Shown here in pieces: positions 47,236 through 56,294 of a DNA stretch of 64,000 nucleotides. This DNA is from a virus. The position numbers and the translations under genes were made by a program. Numbering within the stretch: position 1 is the first letter of the stretch; every line of letters begins with the position of its first letter. The notes beneath the pieces are model-generated. The model was not told the origin of the DNA, did no database searches, and saw only the letters and a program-made list of their open reading frames with translations. The stretch lies in the IMG/VR virus record IMGVR_UViG_3300046791_000499, positions 64,001 through 128,000 of that record, one strand, 5' to 3'.

Positions 47236-49494
47236 GTGCGCGACGCTCGGCAGGATGGACTCGTCAATGCGGTCACCGGTCTCGGGGACGACGAGATCGA
47301 CCTCCGGCTGCACACCCACCGGATCCCGTCGTATCAGCGATCGGTCTACGAGTACGAGTCGGAGTGGCGCGACAACGCCTACGCCCAACGCGAGGTCAGC
47401 CAGGTTTCTGGCGACATCTTCCGCGAGGGGCTCGACCTCATCAACGTCAAACCCGAAGCGATCGACATCGGCGCTCTCAAGAGCTGGCTCGAGGGGGACA
47501 CTACTCCCAACCCCGACGGATCGATCAACCGCACGGAGGGCCTGCTCAATTACGCAGAAAAGCTCATCGAGCAGGGTGACAAGGTCGGCGGGGCTGCCCT
47601 CTACGTGATCGTCGACGACGGCTTGGATCCCGTCCACCCGCTCGACTGGCGCCGGATCCAGCGGGTCGTCGCCTGGGTCGTCCTCGATCGGTCCGAGATC
47701 GTGCCCTACATCTCCGAGGGCATGGGCATGGAGCCCGAGTATTGGATGCTTTCCGACGTGCTCTCGACCGCGAAGGTCCAGGGCGGCAAACGGCAAGCGC
47801 TGCGGCCCGGTCAGGTCATCCATCACACCCGGCTTTGGCGACACAAGGGGATCCCGCTGAGCGCCCGCGAGGAACGACTCCGGCAGTTCTGGGGCGGGTC
47901 CGTGCTCGAGGTCAACTGGGATGCCCGCCGCGCGATCGAGGAGGGGACCACCTACGCGAACACCTACCTCCATCGCGCCAGCATGATCCACGTGTCGCTC
48001 GCCGAACTGAACGAGATCTACGGGGCCAAGGATCCAGAGACTGGACAGGAGATCGGGACCGAAGTCATCGACCGGCGCATGCGGCAGTTCCGGCGCATTG
48101 CCTCGACCTTGGACATCATGCTGACCGATGGCGGCCGGCAGGGGTCGAAGTCGTCTGACGGGCTCACGGAAATCCAAGGCCGCAACCCGGACAAGGTCGA
48201 GAGCGTCGTCGAACGCACCGGTGATCTGATCCCGATCGTCGAGTTGAACCGGACCCAATGGCAGAGCGGCTGGGGGGCCCCGCGCGAGATCGCATTCGGC
48301 GAGCAAACGAGCGCCCTGCGTGGTGGCGACAGCAAAGGGGCTTGGCAGTCCTGGCAAGGTACGATCGATCTCAAGCGCAAGAAGAAGCGCGTCATCGGCT
48401 TGGTCAACTGGATGCTGACGATCACGTTCGCCTCCCGCGAGGGCCCGACGCACGGCTTGATTCCCACGCAATGGGAGCAGCAATGGCGCCCGCTTCATGT
48501 CCCGTCGGCGATGGAGAAGGCCACGATCGACAAGGCCCGTGCCGACGCCGACAACGCCAGGATCGGGACGCAGGTGGTCACGGCCGAAGAGGTCCGGCAG
48601 CAGCGGATCGTCAACGGCGACGTCGAAGGTCAGCTCACCGTCACCGAAGTGCCGAACTCCGAGAAGGTCACGATCGTCCCGCCAGCTCATGTCGGTATCG
48701 CCAAGGCGATGCTCGACGGTGCGATGGCCGTTGCGACTGGCCAGATCACCAAGGAGTTCTACGCCCGGTACCTGCTGGCGATCGACGGCGCGCGGTTCAC
48801 CGAAGAGGAGGCCAATCGCATCGCCGATCAGGCGGCGGCTGGGATCGTTCCGGGAGCGGCGGCGGCCGAGGTCACCACCGACTCGGCGTCTCCCGTTACC
48901 GCGGCCACCGTCATGGCTTCGGGGGGCCAGGTTGCGCAGGGCAAGATGGCCCCGGAGTTCTTCGAAGAGGCGCTGCAGACCCTCGACCCCGAGCAGTTCG
49001 ATCCCGAGACGGCAGCTCGGCTGCGCGCGGCAGCGGAAGGGAACGATCCTGACGCGCCCGCGCTCCCGCCCGACGCCCCGCTGGTCGCCCCAGTTGGAGC
49101 AGCCACGGCAGTCGCACCAGCCCTGCCGACGACCGACGCCGCGACGCCCGAGGGTCAGCCATCGCCCGCCCCAGCCGCGCCCATCGAGCCCAAGGCCAAC
49201 CCCTTCGCCGTACTCGCCGAGATCCCCGACGATCTCATGACACCCGAGCAGATCGTGGCGGAGATCAAGCTACGCACGCCGCTCCCGATCACCACTCGCC
49301 ACGTCCATGCGATCGCCAAGAAGCACGCGGTCAGGCGCGGGAAGATCAGCGGGGTCACGGGGTACTCGGCCGGCGACGTCGCCACCGCGCTCGCTCGCGA
49401 CAACGGGCTACTCCCGCCGGCTGCCGAAGTCGACGAACCCGTGGTCGATGAGTCGCTGGTCGATGGTGGCGAGCCAGAGCCCCTGGTCGAGTAG
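47236..49494 (+). CDS. Portal protein (DUF1073-like) with long C-terminal extension
   Basis: 'DGLVNAVTGLG', 'GGAAL', 'IHHTRL', 'FWGGSVLE', 'P..IAFGEQ', 'WRPLHVPSAMEKA'. Confidence 0.88.
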   Translation: MRDARQDGLVNAVTGLGDDEIDLRLHTHRIPSYQRSVYEYESEWRDNAYAQREVSQVSGDIFREGLDLINVKPEAIDIGALKSWLEGDTTPNPDGSINRTEGLLNYAEKLIEQGDKVGGAALYVIVDDGLDPVHPLDWRRIQRVVAWVVLDRSEIVPYISEGMGMEPEYWMLSDVLSTAKVQGGKRQALRPGQVIHHTRLWRHKGIPLSAREERLRQFWGGSVLEVNWDARRAIEEGTTYANTYLHRASMIHVSLAELNEIYGAKDPETGQEIGTEVIDRRMRQFRRIASTLDIMLTDGGRQGSKSSDGLTEIQGRNPDKVESVVERTGDLIPIVELNRTQWQSGWGAPREIAFGEQTSALRGGDSKGAWQSWQGTIDLKRKKKRVIGLVNWMLTITFASREGPTHGLIPTQWEQQWRPLHVPSAMEKATIDKARADADNARIGTQVVTAEEVRQQRIVNGDVEGQLTVTEVPNSEKVTIVPPAHVGIAKAMLDGAMAVATGQITKEFYARYLLAIDGARFTEEEANRIADQAAAGIVPGAAAAEVTTDSASPVTAATVMASGGQVAQGKMAPEFFEEALQTLDPEQFDPETAARLRAAAEGNDPDAPALPPDAPLVAPVGAATAVAPALPTTDAATPEGQPSPAPAAPIEPKANPFAVLAEIPDDLMTPEQIVAEIKLRTPLPITTRHVHAIAKKHAVRRGKISGVTGYSAGDVATALARDNGLLPPAAEVDEPVVDESLVDGGEPEPLVE

Positions 49495-49529
49495 GGGAAT
49501 CCGCCCGCGCATCGGACGGTCACCGCCGC

Positions 49530-49823
49530 GTGCGTCAGATGAAGGCCCACCGGTGCTCCGAGTGCAACGCCGTCTCCTACACGGGGCGCCCCGGCCTGTA
49601 CCCGGATCAGTGCATTCCCCACAAGGAGACCTGCTCGGTCTATCCGAGCGCCGGCCAGCGCCAAGTTCTGGCCGAGGCCGACCGGCAGCGACGGGTCGAT
49701 TTGGCGCGCACGACCACCGCTCGCCTGATCGAGCGTGGGTTCCTCTCGGCCGAGGTCCAGTTCGACGCGGTGAAGCTGAGCGCCAGCGATGCCGCGCGGC
49801 TGCTCGTCGACATCGGCGGCTGA
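49530..49823 (+). CDS. Small Cys protein
   Basis: CSEC..C.PH..C. Confidence 0.55.
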   Translation: MRQMKAHRCSECNAVSYTGRPGLYPDQCIPHKETCSVYPSAGQRQVLAEADRQRRVDLARTTTARLIERGFLSAEVQFDAVKLSASDAARLLVDIGG

Positions 49824-49824
49824 C

Positions 49825-50898
49825 CTACCTCGCGCCCTGCCGGATGCCCAAGCGCCGGCCAAGCTGCTGGCCCACATGTCGAGCGTGCTGGCGCCGTCGT
49901 GGGTCCCGGGCTCGCTCGGCTTCGGCCATGGCTTCGAGAGCCTCGCCAACGATCTCGGCCGTTGGGCGGTGGCCGATCTCGAACGTGACGGGTTCGGCCC
50001 CGCCAAACGCGACGGTGTAGGTTCCGGCGGTTGCAGCACTGGCCACGACGGTCGTCACGGGACCGCGCGGCTCGTTGAACATGCGCTCGAGTTCGTCGCG
50101 TATCTGCGTGGTCGTCCGGCCCTCGCCGGCCTCGGGGACCGAGTACTCGTGCTCGCGCCCGTTGATCGAGATCGTGTAGATGCCGGGCTCGAGGTAGGCC
50201 GCCTTCGCTCGAGCAGCCTCCAACCAGTGCAAGAGCAAGACGACCTCGCCGGTGCCGTCTTGGATCTCATCGTCCTCGGACCAGCGGATGCCCCACGCGA
50301 GCGCGAGCCCGGCCGGGCAGCCGCTCGCGAGCCGACGATCAGCCTCGACCTGCAGGTTGGCCATCGCGGCGCCGAAGTCGACGGCCGTCAGGAACGCTTG
50401 CGCGAGCGTCACGTGCTCGCGGCCGGTGCCGTCACACGCCTGGCATGGCCGCGATGCTCGGACCACGACGTGTGCTTGCCGTCGTGGTTGGCGCGTGCGT
50501 GGGCGCTTCTCCAGTACGGTGGTCCACCCGCGGCGCCCGTAGGACTGAACGCTCCCACGCGCACGGATCAAGCAGCCCTGGCCCTCCCATTCATCCTGCG
50601 CCCACTCGATCGCTACCAGCTTCCTGGAGCCGCTCCGAGCGAGGCAAGCCGGGCACGGTCCGACGTCGAGCGTCCCGACGTCGAGTTCGACGAGCAGCGC
50701 CCACGCGAGCGCGATCGGTGGCGGCATCGTCCACGTGGCTGGCCCTGCTCCGAGCAGCATGACGCGGATCCCCTCGCGCACCGAGAAGACCTGCCAGCGG
50801 CTCTTGGTCTCCCTCACGTCGAGCGCGAGCCAGCACCCGCGACCACGAGCCCATCGCTCGAGCACGTCCTGCTGCGCCTCGTGTGTGGCGATCGTCAC
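49825..50898 (-). CDS. Zn finger + TIGR02996-like + sheath/decoration-like domains
   Basis: CPAC, CQACDGTG; 'LQVEADRRLASGCPAG'; 'GIYTISING...TTTQIRDEL..FN'. Confidence 0.75.
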   Translation of the reverse strand: MTIATHEAQQDVLERWARGRGCWLALDVRETKSRWQVFSVREGIRVMLLGAGPATWTMPPPIALAWALLVELDVGTLDVGPCPACLARSGSRKLVAIEWAQDEWEGQGCLIRARGSVQSYGRRGWTTVLEKRPRTRQPRRQAHVVVRASRPCQACDGTGREHVTLAQAFLTAVDFGAAMANLQVEADRRLASGCPAGLALAWGIRWSEDDEIQDGTGEVVLLLHWLEAARAKAAYLEPGIYTISINGREHEYSVPEAGEGRTTTQIRDELERMFNEPRGPVTTVVASAATAGTYTVAFGGAEPVTFEIGHRPTAEIVGEALEAMAEAERARDPRRRQHARHVGQQLGRRLGIRQGAR

Positions 50899-51587
50899 TC
50901 GGTCTGCTCCTGCGCCGCTTTGGCTGCTCGCAGCAGCGCAATCACGGCCACCTTTCGCCATTCCGTGATCGGTGGAAGCCCTGCGATCTCGAGGCGTGGC
51001 GTCGCCAGCCAACACGCGAGACCGTCACCGAGCGGATCGCCGAGCCAGAGCCGTGCGTCTGCGAAGACGGAGAGCGCTTCCCTGGCCACGCTCATGTTCT
51101 GCCAGGTCTCCAGCACGAGCCGCGCGACCTCGCTGGTGATCCCGCCCTCGCCGTCGCACTGCGGACACGGCCTCCTTCGCTTCGCAGGATCGTCAGGGTC
51201 TCGCTCCCACCCGAGCCCCGCTGCCTCGCCGAGCAGCGGCACGTCGGCCGGCATTCGCTTCCACTTCGAGCCCGCGCATGTGCGGCACCCCATGGTGACC
51301 TTCGCGTTCGTCTCCAGCGCCCAGGCCCACAGGAGCAGAACGTCAGCGTCGCCGCATGGCCAGCACTTGCCGAGCCCGAAGATGATCAGGGGTGGCGGGG
51401 CTGAGCTTGGTCCTGGATCTTGGACGTGCCAGCCTCGTGGGCGCGAGCGTTCATGGGCTCCGACGGCGAAGCGACGGCCTGACGTTGCTGCCCACGAGAC
51501 CACCGCAAGGGCGGCCATCTCGTCGTCGGGCTCGCGCTCGCCAGCGCCCAGGCTCTCGATCAGCTCGTCGATGGTGAGGCTAGTCAT
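50895..51587 (-). CDS. Zn finger + TIGR02996-like protein
   Basis: CRTC, CPQCDGEG; 'LSVFADARLWLGDPLG'. Confidence 0.75.
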   Translation of the reverse strand: MTSLTIDELIESLGAGEREPDDEMAALAVVSWAATSGRRFAVGAHERSRPRGWHVQDPGPSSAPPPLIIFGLGKCWPCGDADVLLLWAWALETNAKVTMGCRTCAGSKWKRMPADVPLLGEAAGLGWERDPDDPAKRRRPCPQCDGEGGITSEVARLVLETWQNMSVAREALSVFADARLWLGDPLGDGLACWLATPRLEIAGLPPITEWRKVAVIALLRAAKAAQEQTE

Positions 51588-52440
51588 CGGTGCCCGGGTA
51601 GAGCGGCTCGCCGCGCGCTCGTGCCGAAGCCTGTCGGGCCGCGAGCTGATCGCCCTGGTAGCCGGCGCCGCTGTAGGGGCTCAGGCCGGCTCGGTCTTGC
51701 GGCGTCTGGTCCTTCGTGCGCTCGCCTTTCGGCAGACCCGCGGCCGACTTTCGAAGTTTGGCCTTGCCCGATGGACGCACGCGGACCTGCTTGCGCTTGT
51801 TCTCCCTGTCCACCCAGTGGCTCCCCTCGACCACGTACGCGCGGCCGTCGACGTCGAGCCAGTCGCCGTCCTTGGTCTTGCGTGGCGCCCACACGATCCC
51901 TCCACGCTTCTCGAACACGAGCCGATCGGTCAGCGCTTCCAAGGCAGCCGCGGCCGCTGGGGCTTCGAGCCCTTCGCCCATGAGCCAATCCACGATGTAG
52001 ATTCCGAGCGGGTCGCCATTGAACTGGAGAGCATCCGCGCGAACGAGCAAGGAGGCGCGCTCGCGGCTGTAGTCACGCGAGTAGTCGCCGGCTCGGAGCA
52101 TGGCGAGGTTGATGTCGATGACCTCGCGCCCGGATGCGACCTGTGAGATCTGCGGCGTGTCCCGGGTGTAGCAGGCCGCGCAGCCACCGAGCAGCACGCG
52201 GACGTTGCTGCGGTTCGCCCACACGTCGACGTAGCGTAGGTTGCGTTGTCGAGCACGAGCGATGAACACGGGATCGATGAACGTGCCTTCGTCGAGAGCA
52301 TGCGTCGAGCCATTGCAGAACGTGCACTTGCCGACATCGATCATCCCGAGCTGCGCGCCATTGACCAGCGCCCACAGGACCCGAGCGTGTGGATCCGGCT
52401 CTCGCCAGATCGCGGTCCCCTCGGAGGAGACGAACTCAGC
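51580..52440 (-). CDS. Zn finger + TIGR02996-like + head-closure-like segment (5' end unresolved)
   Basis: CTFCNG, CAAC; 'LLVRADALQFNGDPLG'; 'DGDWLDVDGRAYVVEG..W'. Confidence 0.65.
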   Translation of the reverse strand, partial: AEFVSSEGTAIWREPDPHARVLWALVNGAQLGMIDVGKCTFCNGSTHALDEGTFIDPVFIARARQRNLRYVDVWANRSNVRVLLGGCAACYTRDTPQISQVASGREVIDINLAMLRAGDYSRDYSRERASLLVRADALQFNGDPLGIYIVDWLMGEGLEAPAAAAALEALTDRLVFEKRGGIVWAPRKTKDGDWLDVDGRAYVVEGSHWVDRENKRKQVRVRPSGKAKLRKSAAGLPKGERTKDQTPQDRAGLSPYSGAGYQGDQLAARQASARARGEPLYPGTDD

Positions 52441-52904
52441 GGGTGAAGGCGTTGCGCAAGGCGAGTTCGGTGGCGTCGTGGCCAGGCAGGTTGGAGCGCC
52501 ATCCGATCCTCCTTGCGGCGGTGCGCGATCACTTCGTCCATAACCTCGCCAAGAACCCGCGCACCCTCGGCGATGAAGGCCGCGTCGAACGATGCCGGGA
52601 GCATGGCTGCGAGCCTCTCGTCGAGCAGCCGGCGGACCTCGTCGGCGTCTGCCTCGGTGGCGGCGAGACCCTCGGCCGAGAACCGCTTCTCGAGCGGCGA
52701 CATGAAGGGGTCCGGCAGCACCGCCCAAGCCACGAACAGCCCACCGGTGGTCAGGATCTCGAGCAAGCAGCCTCGCGCCTCCGGGCTGTCGACCCCGTGT
52801 GCACGCTCGGCAACCCGCCACCGTCGCTCCATCCCGACGCGAGCGCCGTGCCGGGCGAGCCACGTCAGGATGCGGGCACGTAGTTCGTCGGCGCTGGCCG
52901 CCAT
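52341..52904 (-). CDS. Hypothetical protein, 3' end possibly frameshifted
   Basis: Good coding signal up to 'HRRKED', then low-complexity overlap with the next ORF. Confidence 0.5.
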   Translation of the reverse strand: MAASADELRARILTWLARHGARVGMERRWRVAERAHGVDSPEARGCLLEILTTGGLFVAWAVLPDPFMSPLEKRFSAEGLAATEADADEVRRLLDERLAAMLPASFDAAFIAEGARVLGEVMDEVIAHRRKEDRMALQPAWPRRHRTRLAQRLHPLSSSPPRGPRSGESRIHTLGSCGRWSMARSSG

Positions 52905-54577
52905 CAATCCCACCGATCCAGGTTGTAGGCCGCGACCATCCCCGTGGTCGTGGTCACGCGAAAGGACGCGGCCGACCAGGACGATGCGCTACCAGAGAGG
53001 CTCAGCCCGCACGCGGTGGACTCGCTCTTGCCGGTGATCTCCGACCGCTGCATGTACTCCTCCAACGTGCTGCGGATCGAGTGGTACTCCGAGCGCAGGA
53101 TCTCGACAAAGAAACCGCCGCCCGCGAGGTGGCCGACGTCGCGAGCCCCGTCGAGGATGGCGATCACGCCGTTGCCGTCCTGGGTCCGACTGTTCCCGTA
53201 CCACTGAGCAGGCTGCAGCGTGAACGCATTGACCTTCACCCAGCCGGGCTTGAGGTTCCACTTCGCCGGCATCGAGCCGTCCCTGTAGACGTACGCCGAC
53301 GCCGGGTTGCGCTTGTCCTCGCGGTCCCACTGGATGATCGGTGGGGCCTCTGGATTGGTCGCCGTCACGATCGCGCAGTAGCTGTTGGCCATCGTGGTGA
53401 CCTGGTACTCGACGTGCGCAGCTTCGGGCAGCACGGTGGCCGCGAACTTCGTCCACGTCATCCTGACGGCGGGCAGCGTCATGGCTCGGGCGACCCGGCC
53501 TTCGTGCTGCTGAGCCGCTTCGAGCAGATGCCCGAACACCGGCGCGTGCGGGTTCGGCTTGGGCTCTCGCGTCGGTGGAAGCTGCGGGCGCCACAGCGCG
53601 TCGACCTCCTCGAGTTTGGCGAAGCGGCGCTCGAGCGAGCCGGCCGTGCGCAGAACCTCGATGATCTTCTCGGCCTGCTTGATGTTGCCGACGCTCGGCG
53701 GTGCTTGGGGGCGCAGATACAGCGACGGATCCATCTTCGCGTCGAACCGCTTCTTGATCGCGTCGAAGCCCAGGCCGGTCTCGATGTCTTCGAGCAGCGT
53801 CCCGATCATGCCCGAGCGCACGTGGCAGAACCCAGCCGGTGCATCAGCGACGGCGAGCCAGGTCACGGTGTTGGACGCGGGAGTGACCCACTGCGGTTTG
53901 CCAACCTCAACCCGTTCGGTAGCCCGCGCCTCGTACAGATCGAGCAGCCACTTGGCCACGCCGACGCACTTCTCCGCGCGGTAGAGCCGGCCCGATGCGA
54001 GCAGTTCGTTCGCCGTGCGGACGGTCGAGAGCGAGAAGTCTCCGAACGATCGACTGAGCATCTCGTAGTCCTTGCGCTTTTCGGCCATGACCTGGTCGGC
54101 GTTCTTGGTCTCCGAGCGGTTGGCGTGCCTCGACGCTGCCTGCACGGAGAAGTGCGACCAGTTGCCCGTGACCGCGGTGCCGAGGTTCAACTGCTTGGTC
54201 AGGAACACGCCGGTGATCTTGGAGCGTGCAACCGCGCGGGTGAGCTGCGCGAAGGCTTCTCCGAGGCCATCGACGTAGAGGCCAGGCACCGACCACAGCG
54301 CGGAGCGAACCCGTCCGTCCACGATCACGGCGAGCCCGCCGAAACGCTCGACGAATTGCTGGCAGGCGCGGCATTTGTAGTGCTGGCGCCGGTCGGGCTC
54401 GAGGCTCGCGAGGAACAGGTTCCACAGGCTTGGGCCGGACGCGTCCGTGGTGAACAGCGGCACGTCCTGGGTGAGCACGGCGAAGTGCTCTTGCACCCGA
54501 ACGAGCGCGTGGTCGTAGTCTTGAAGGTGGTCGCCAGGAGCGGTTGGAGTGACAGGTTGGCCAGATAGATGGGTCAT
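52904..54577 (-). CDS. Large conserved phage protein with HxxCxxC motif
   Basis: 'RQHYKCRACQQFVERFGGL', 'GFCHVRSGMIGTLLED', 'Y.RPQAPP', 'IRSTLE.Y'. Confidence 0.85.
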   Translation of the reverse strand: MTHLSGQPVTPTAPGDHLQDYDHALVRVQEHFAVLTQDVPLFTTDASGPSLWNLFLASLEPDRRQHYKCRACQQFVERFGGLAVIVDGRVRSALWSVPGLYVDGLGEAFAQLTRAVARSKITGVFLTKQLNLGTAVTGNWSHFSVQAASRHANRSETKNADQVMAEKRKDYEMLSRSFGDFSLSTVRTANELLASGRLYRAEKCVGVAKWLLDLYEARATERVEVGKPQWVTPASNTVTWLAVADAPAGFCHVRSGMIGTLLEDIETGLGFDAIKKRFDAKMDPSLYLRPQAPPSVGNIKQAEKIIEVLRTAGSLERRFAKLEEVDALWRPQLPPTREPKPNPHAPVFGHLLEAAQQHEGRVARAMTLPAVRMTWTKFAATVLPEAAHVEYQVTTMANSYCAIVTATNPEAPPIIQWDREDKRNPASAYVYRDGSMPAKWNLKPGWVKVNAFTLQPAQWYGNSRTQDGNGVIAILDGARDVGHLAGGGFFVEILRSEYHSIRSTLEEYMQRSEITGKSESTACGLSLSGSASSWSAASFRVTTTTGMVAAYNLDRWD

Positions 54578-55065
54578 CGTTCGTTCTCTCGATTGGTTTG
54601 ATTCTCGGGCTTGGGCACGACGCCGGACCGTGCGTCACGAAGGCGCTGCGCCATCTCGTGCCGGCCCTCGACAACGAGGCCACCGAACAGTCCAGCTCGA
54701 ACGACCTTCGCCGCGTCTCGCTGCTCATACTCGGGGCCCGAGTACGGGCGTGGCTCGATCATGCTCGGCAGCACCGCGAGCACGACGCGCTCCCACAGGC
54801 GAAGATCGTCGAGGTCCGTCAGCAGGTCGCGCGTGCTCGGCTCGTGAGCGCTGCGATCCTGGACCTTGGCGGCCACGCTGGCAGCGACGCTCGGGTCCAG
54901 GCCGTAGATGAACTCGCACCACGTCGCGTACGTGAAGCGCGTTTCGTCCTTGCTATAGAGCGAATGCCACACATTCCACGCGGGCTTGTTGTAGCCCGGT
55001 TGCTCCTTGGCGCGGTCCCACGCTGACAGGAATGTGAGCAGCTCGGGATCTGCTTTGGCGGTCAT
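54574..55065 (-). CDS. Hypothetical protein
   Basis: ATGA-coupled ORF. Confidence 0.55.
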   Translation of the reverse strand: MTAKADPELLTFLSAWDRAKEQPGYNKPAWNVWHSLYSKDETRFTYATWCEFIYGLDPSVAASVAAKVQDRSAHEPSTRDLLTDLDDLRLWERVVLAVLPSMIEPRPYSGPEYEQRDAAKVVRAGLFGGLVVEGRHEMAQRLRDARSGVVPKPENQTNRENER

Positions 55066-55277
55066 AACCACCCCTGCTTGGTTGCGCACCAGTACGCGAC
55101 CACCAAGGCGGCGCAGACGAACGCAAACCGAGCGACGGCGCTGGGGAAAGGCTGCGAGAGCCGTACCGTTCGACCGGCGAACAGCTCCGGCTTGCCGAAG
55201 ATGCGAAAGTTCCACGCCTGCCACAGCGCGAGGCAGATGACGAAGAACGAGGCGAGAGCGATCCATGGGTGGGTCAT
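55062..55277 (-). CDS. Small two-TM membrane protein
   Basis: Two hydrophobic helices. Confidence 0.5.
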   Translation of the reverse strand: MTHPWIALASFFVICLALWQAWNFRIFGKPELFAGRTVRLSQPFPSAVARFAFVCAALVVAYWCATKQGWL

Positions 55278-55305
55278 TAGGTTTGGTCCTTTCGTGGCCA
55301 GGTGT

Positions 55306-56103
55306 TCATCGATCCGGCCAGTAGGCTGCCGGGCTCTCGTGGTCGGGGCGGTTCGCGGCAAGCCACGCCTTGCACTCGGCGACCGCTTGATCTTTCAGCT
55401 CGTCGTGGCGGTCCCACCATGCACGATGGGCCTTCGTCTGCTCGGGATCCGAAGGCCGCTCGCTCGGGATGGGCAGGTCGACACGGTGCTCGGCCGTGAA
55501 CAGGACCGCGTCGAGCATCCGGGCTTGGATGGCCGCCACCGCGTCCTTGCACTGGTCCTCCTTCCACTGACCGCGGGCTCGGCCTTGGGCTTCGAGCGCC
55601 TCGTTCAAGTCATCTTCGAGCCGTACCGCCCGCACCCGATCGACCACGCAAAAGCGCACGACCGTGTTGCGCTCGTACACGTCGCGAGAGTCGATGCTGT
55701 ACTCCTCGATCCGATACCGGCGCACCGCGTTGTATAAGATGGCGTCCCGATCCCAAAAGCCGGACTTGTAGAAGAACGACCCGCGCCGGTTCCCCAAGGC
55801 GTCGAGGATGTTGCTGTGCATGCCGTGGCTCGTGCGCTGTTTGGTCCAGCCGGCCGGCATCGTCACGGGGCAGAACAGCTTGTCGTCGGCGAACTGCTCG
55901 CCGAACACGAAGCCCAGCGCCTCGTAGTCCGCTCGGACCTTGGAGTCACGCGGGTACGGCAGCGTCTCGCTCGCGACGGCTTCGCTCTGGCCTTGGGCGA
56001 TCTGGACGTCGAAGGCGTCGGGGCCGATGGCCATCGCCATCATGGTGAAGGTCCCGATCGCGCCCGGGGTTTGAGTGTTGGTTGGTCGACTGGTCTCGGT
56101 CAT
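55306..56103 (-). CDS. Conserved phage protein (may extend in frame to 56298)
   Basis: 'LGFVFGE..DDKLF..V.MPAGW...TSH.MHS.I.D..G.RR...FYK..F.DRDA'. Confidence 0.75.
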   Translation of the reverse strand: MTETSRPTNTQTPGAIGTFTMMAMAIGPDAFDVQIAQGQSEAVASETLPYPRDSKVRADYEALGFVFGEQFADDKLFCPVTMPAGWTKQRTSHGMHSNILDALGNRRGSFFYKSGFWDRDAILYNAVRRYRIEEYSIDSRDVYERNTVVRFCVVDRVRAVRLEDDLNEALEAQGRARGQWKEDQCKDAVAAIQARMLDAVLFTAEHRVDLPIPSERPSDPEQTKAHRAWWDRHDELKDQAVAECKAWLAANRPDHESPAAYWPDR

Positions 56104-56294
56104 GCCGGTCCCAACAGCCGAGCCGTCGTCGCATTCCCCGAAGCGCTTGAACGCGCGGTGCTCGAGCGCGCAGGCGAGGCATTGCCCAACGTGAGCGGCG
56201 ATCGGCGATGTGAGCGGGCGCCCGAGCAGCCGGCTGGCCTCGCCACCCAGCGCAGGATCCGTGCACCCGATCGGTGCGTCGGCGGAGCCCACGG

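Noticed and set aside
47236-49494. Calling the portal itself an anti-CBASS Acb1
   Set aside because: No paired HxT/S 2H motifs recognised in it; the 2H domain is on the protease polyprotein instead
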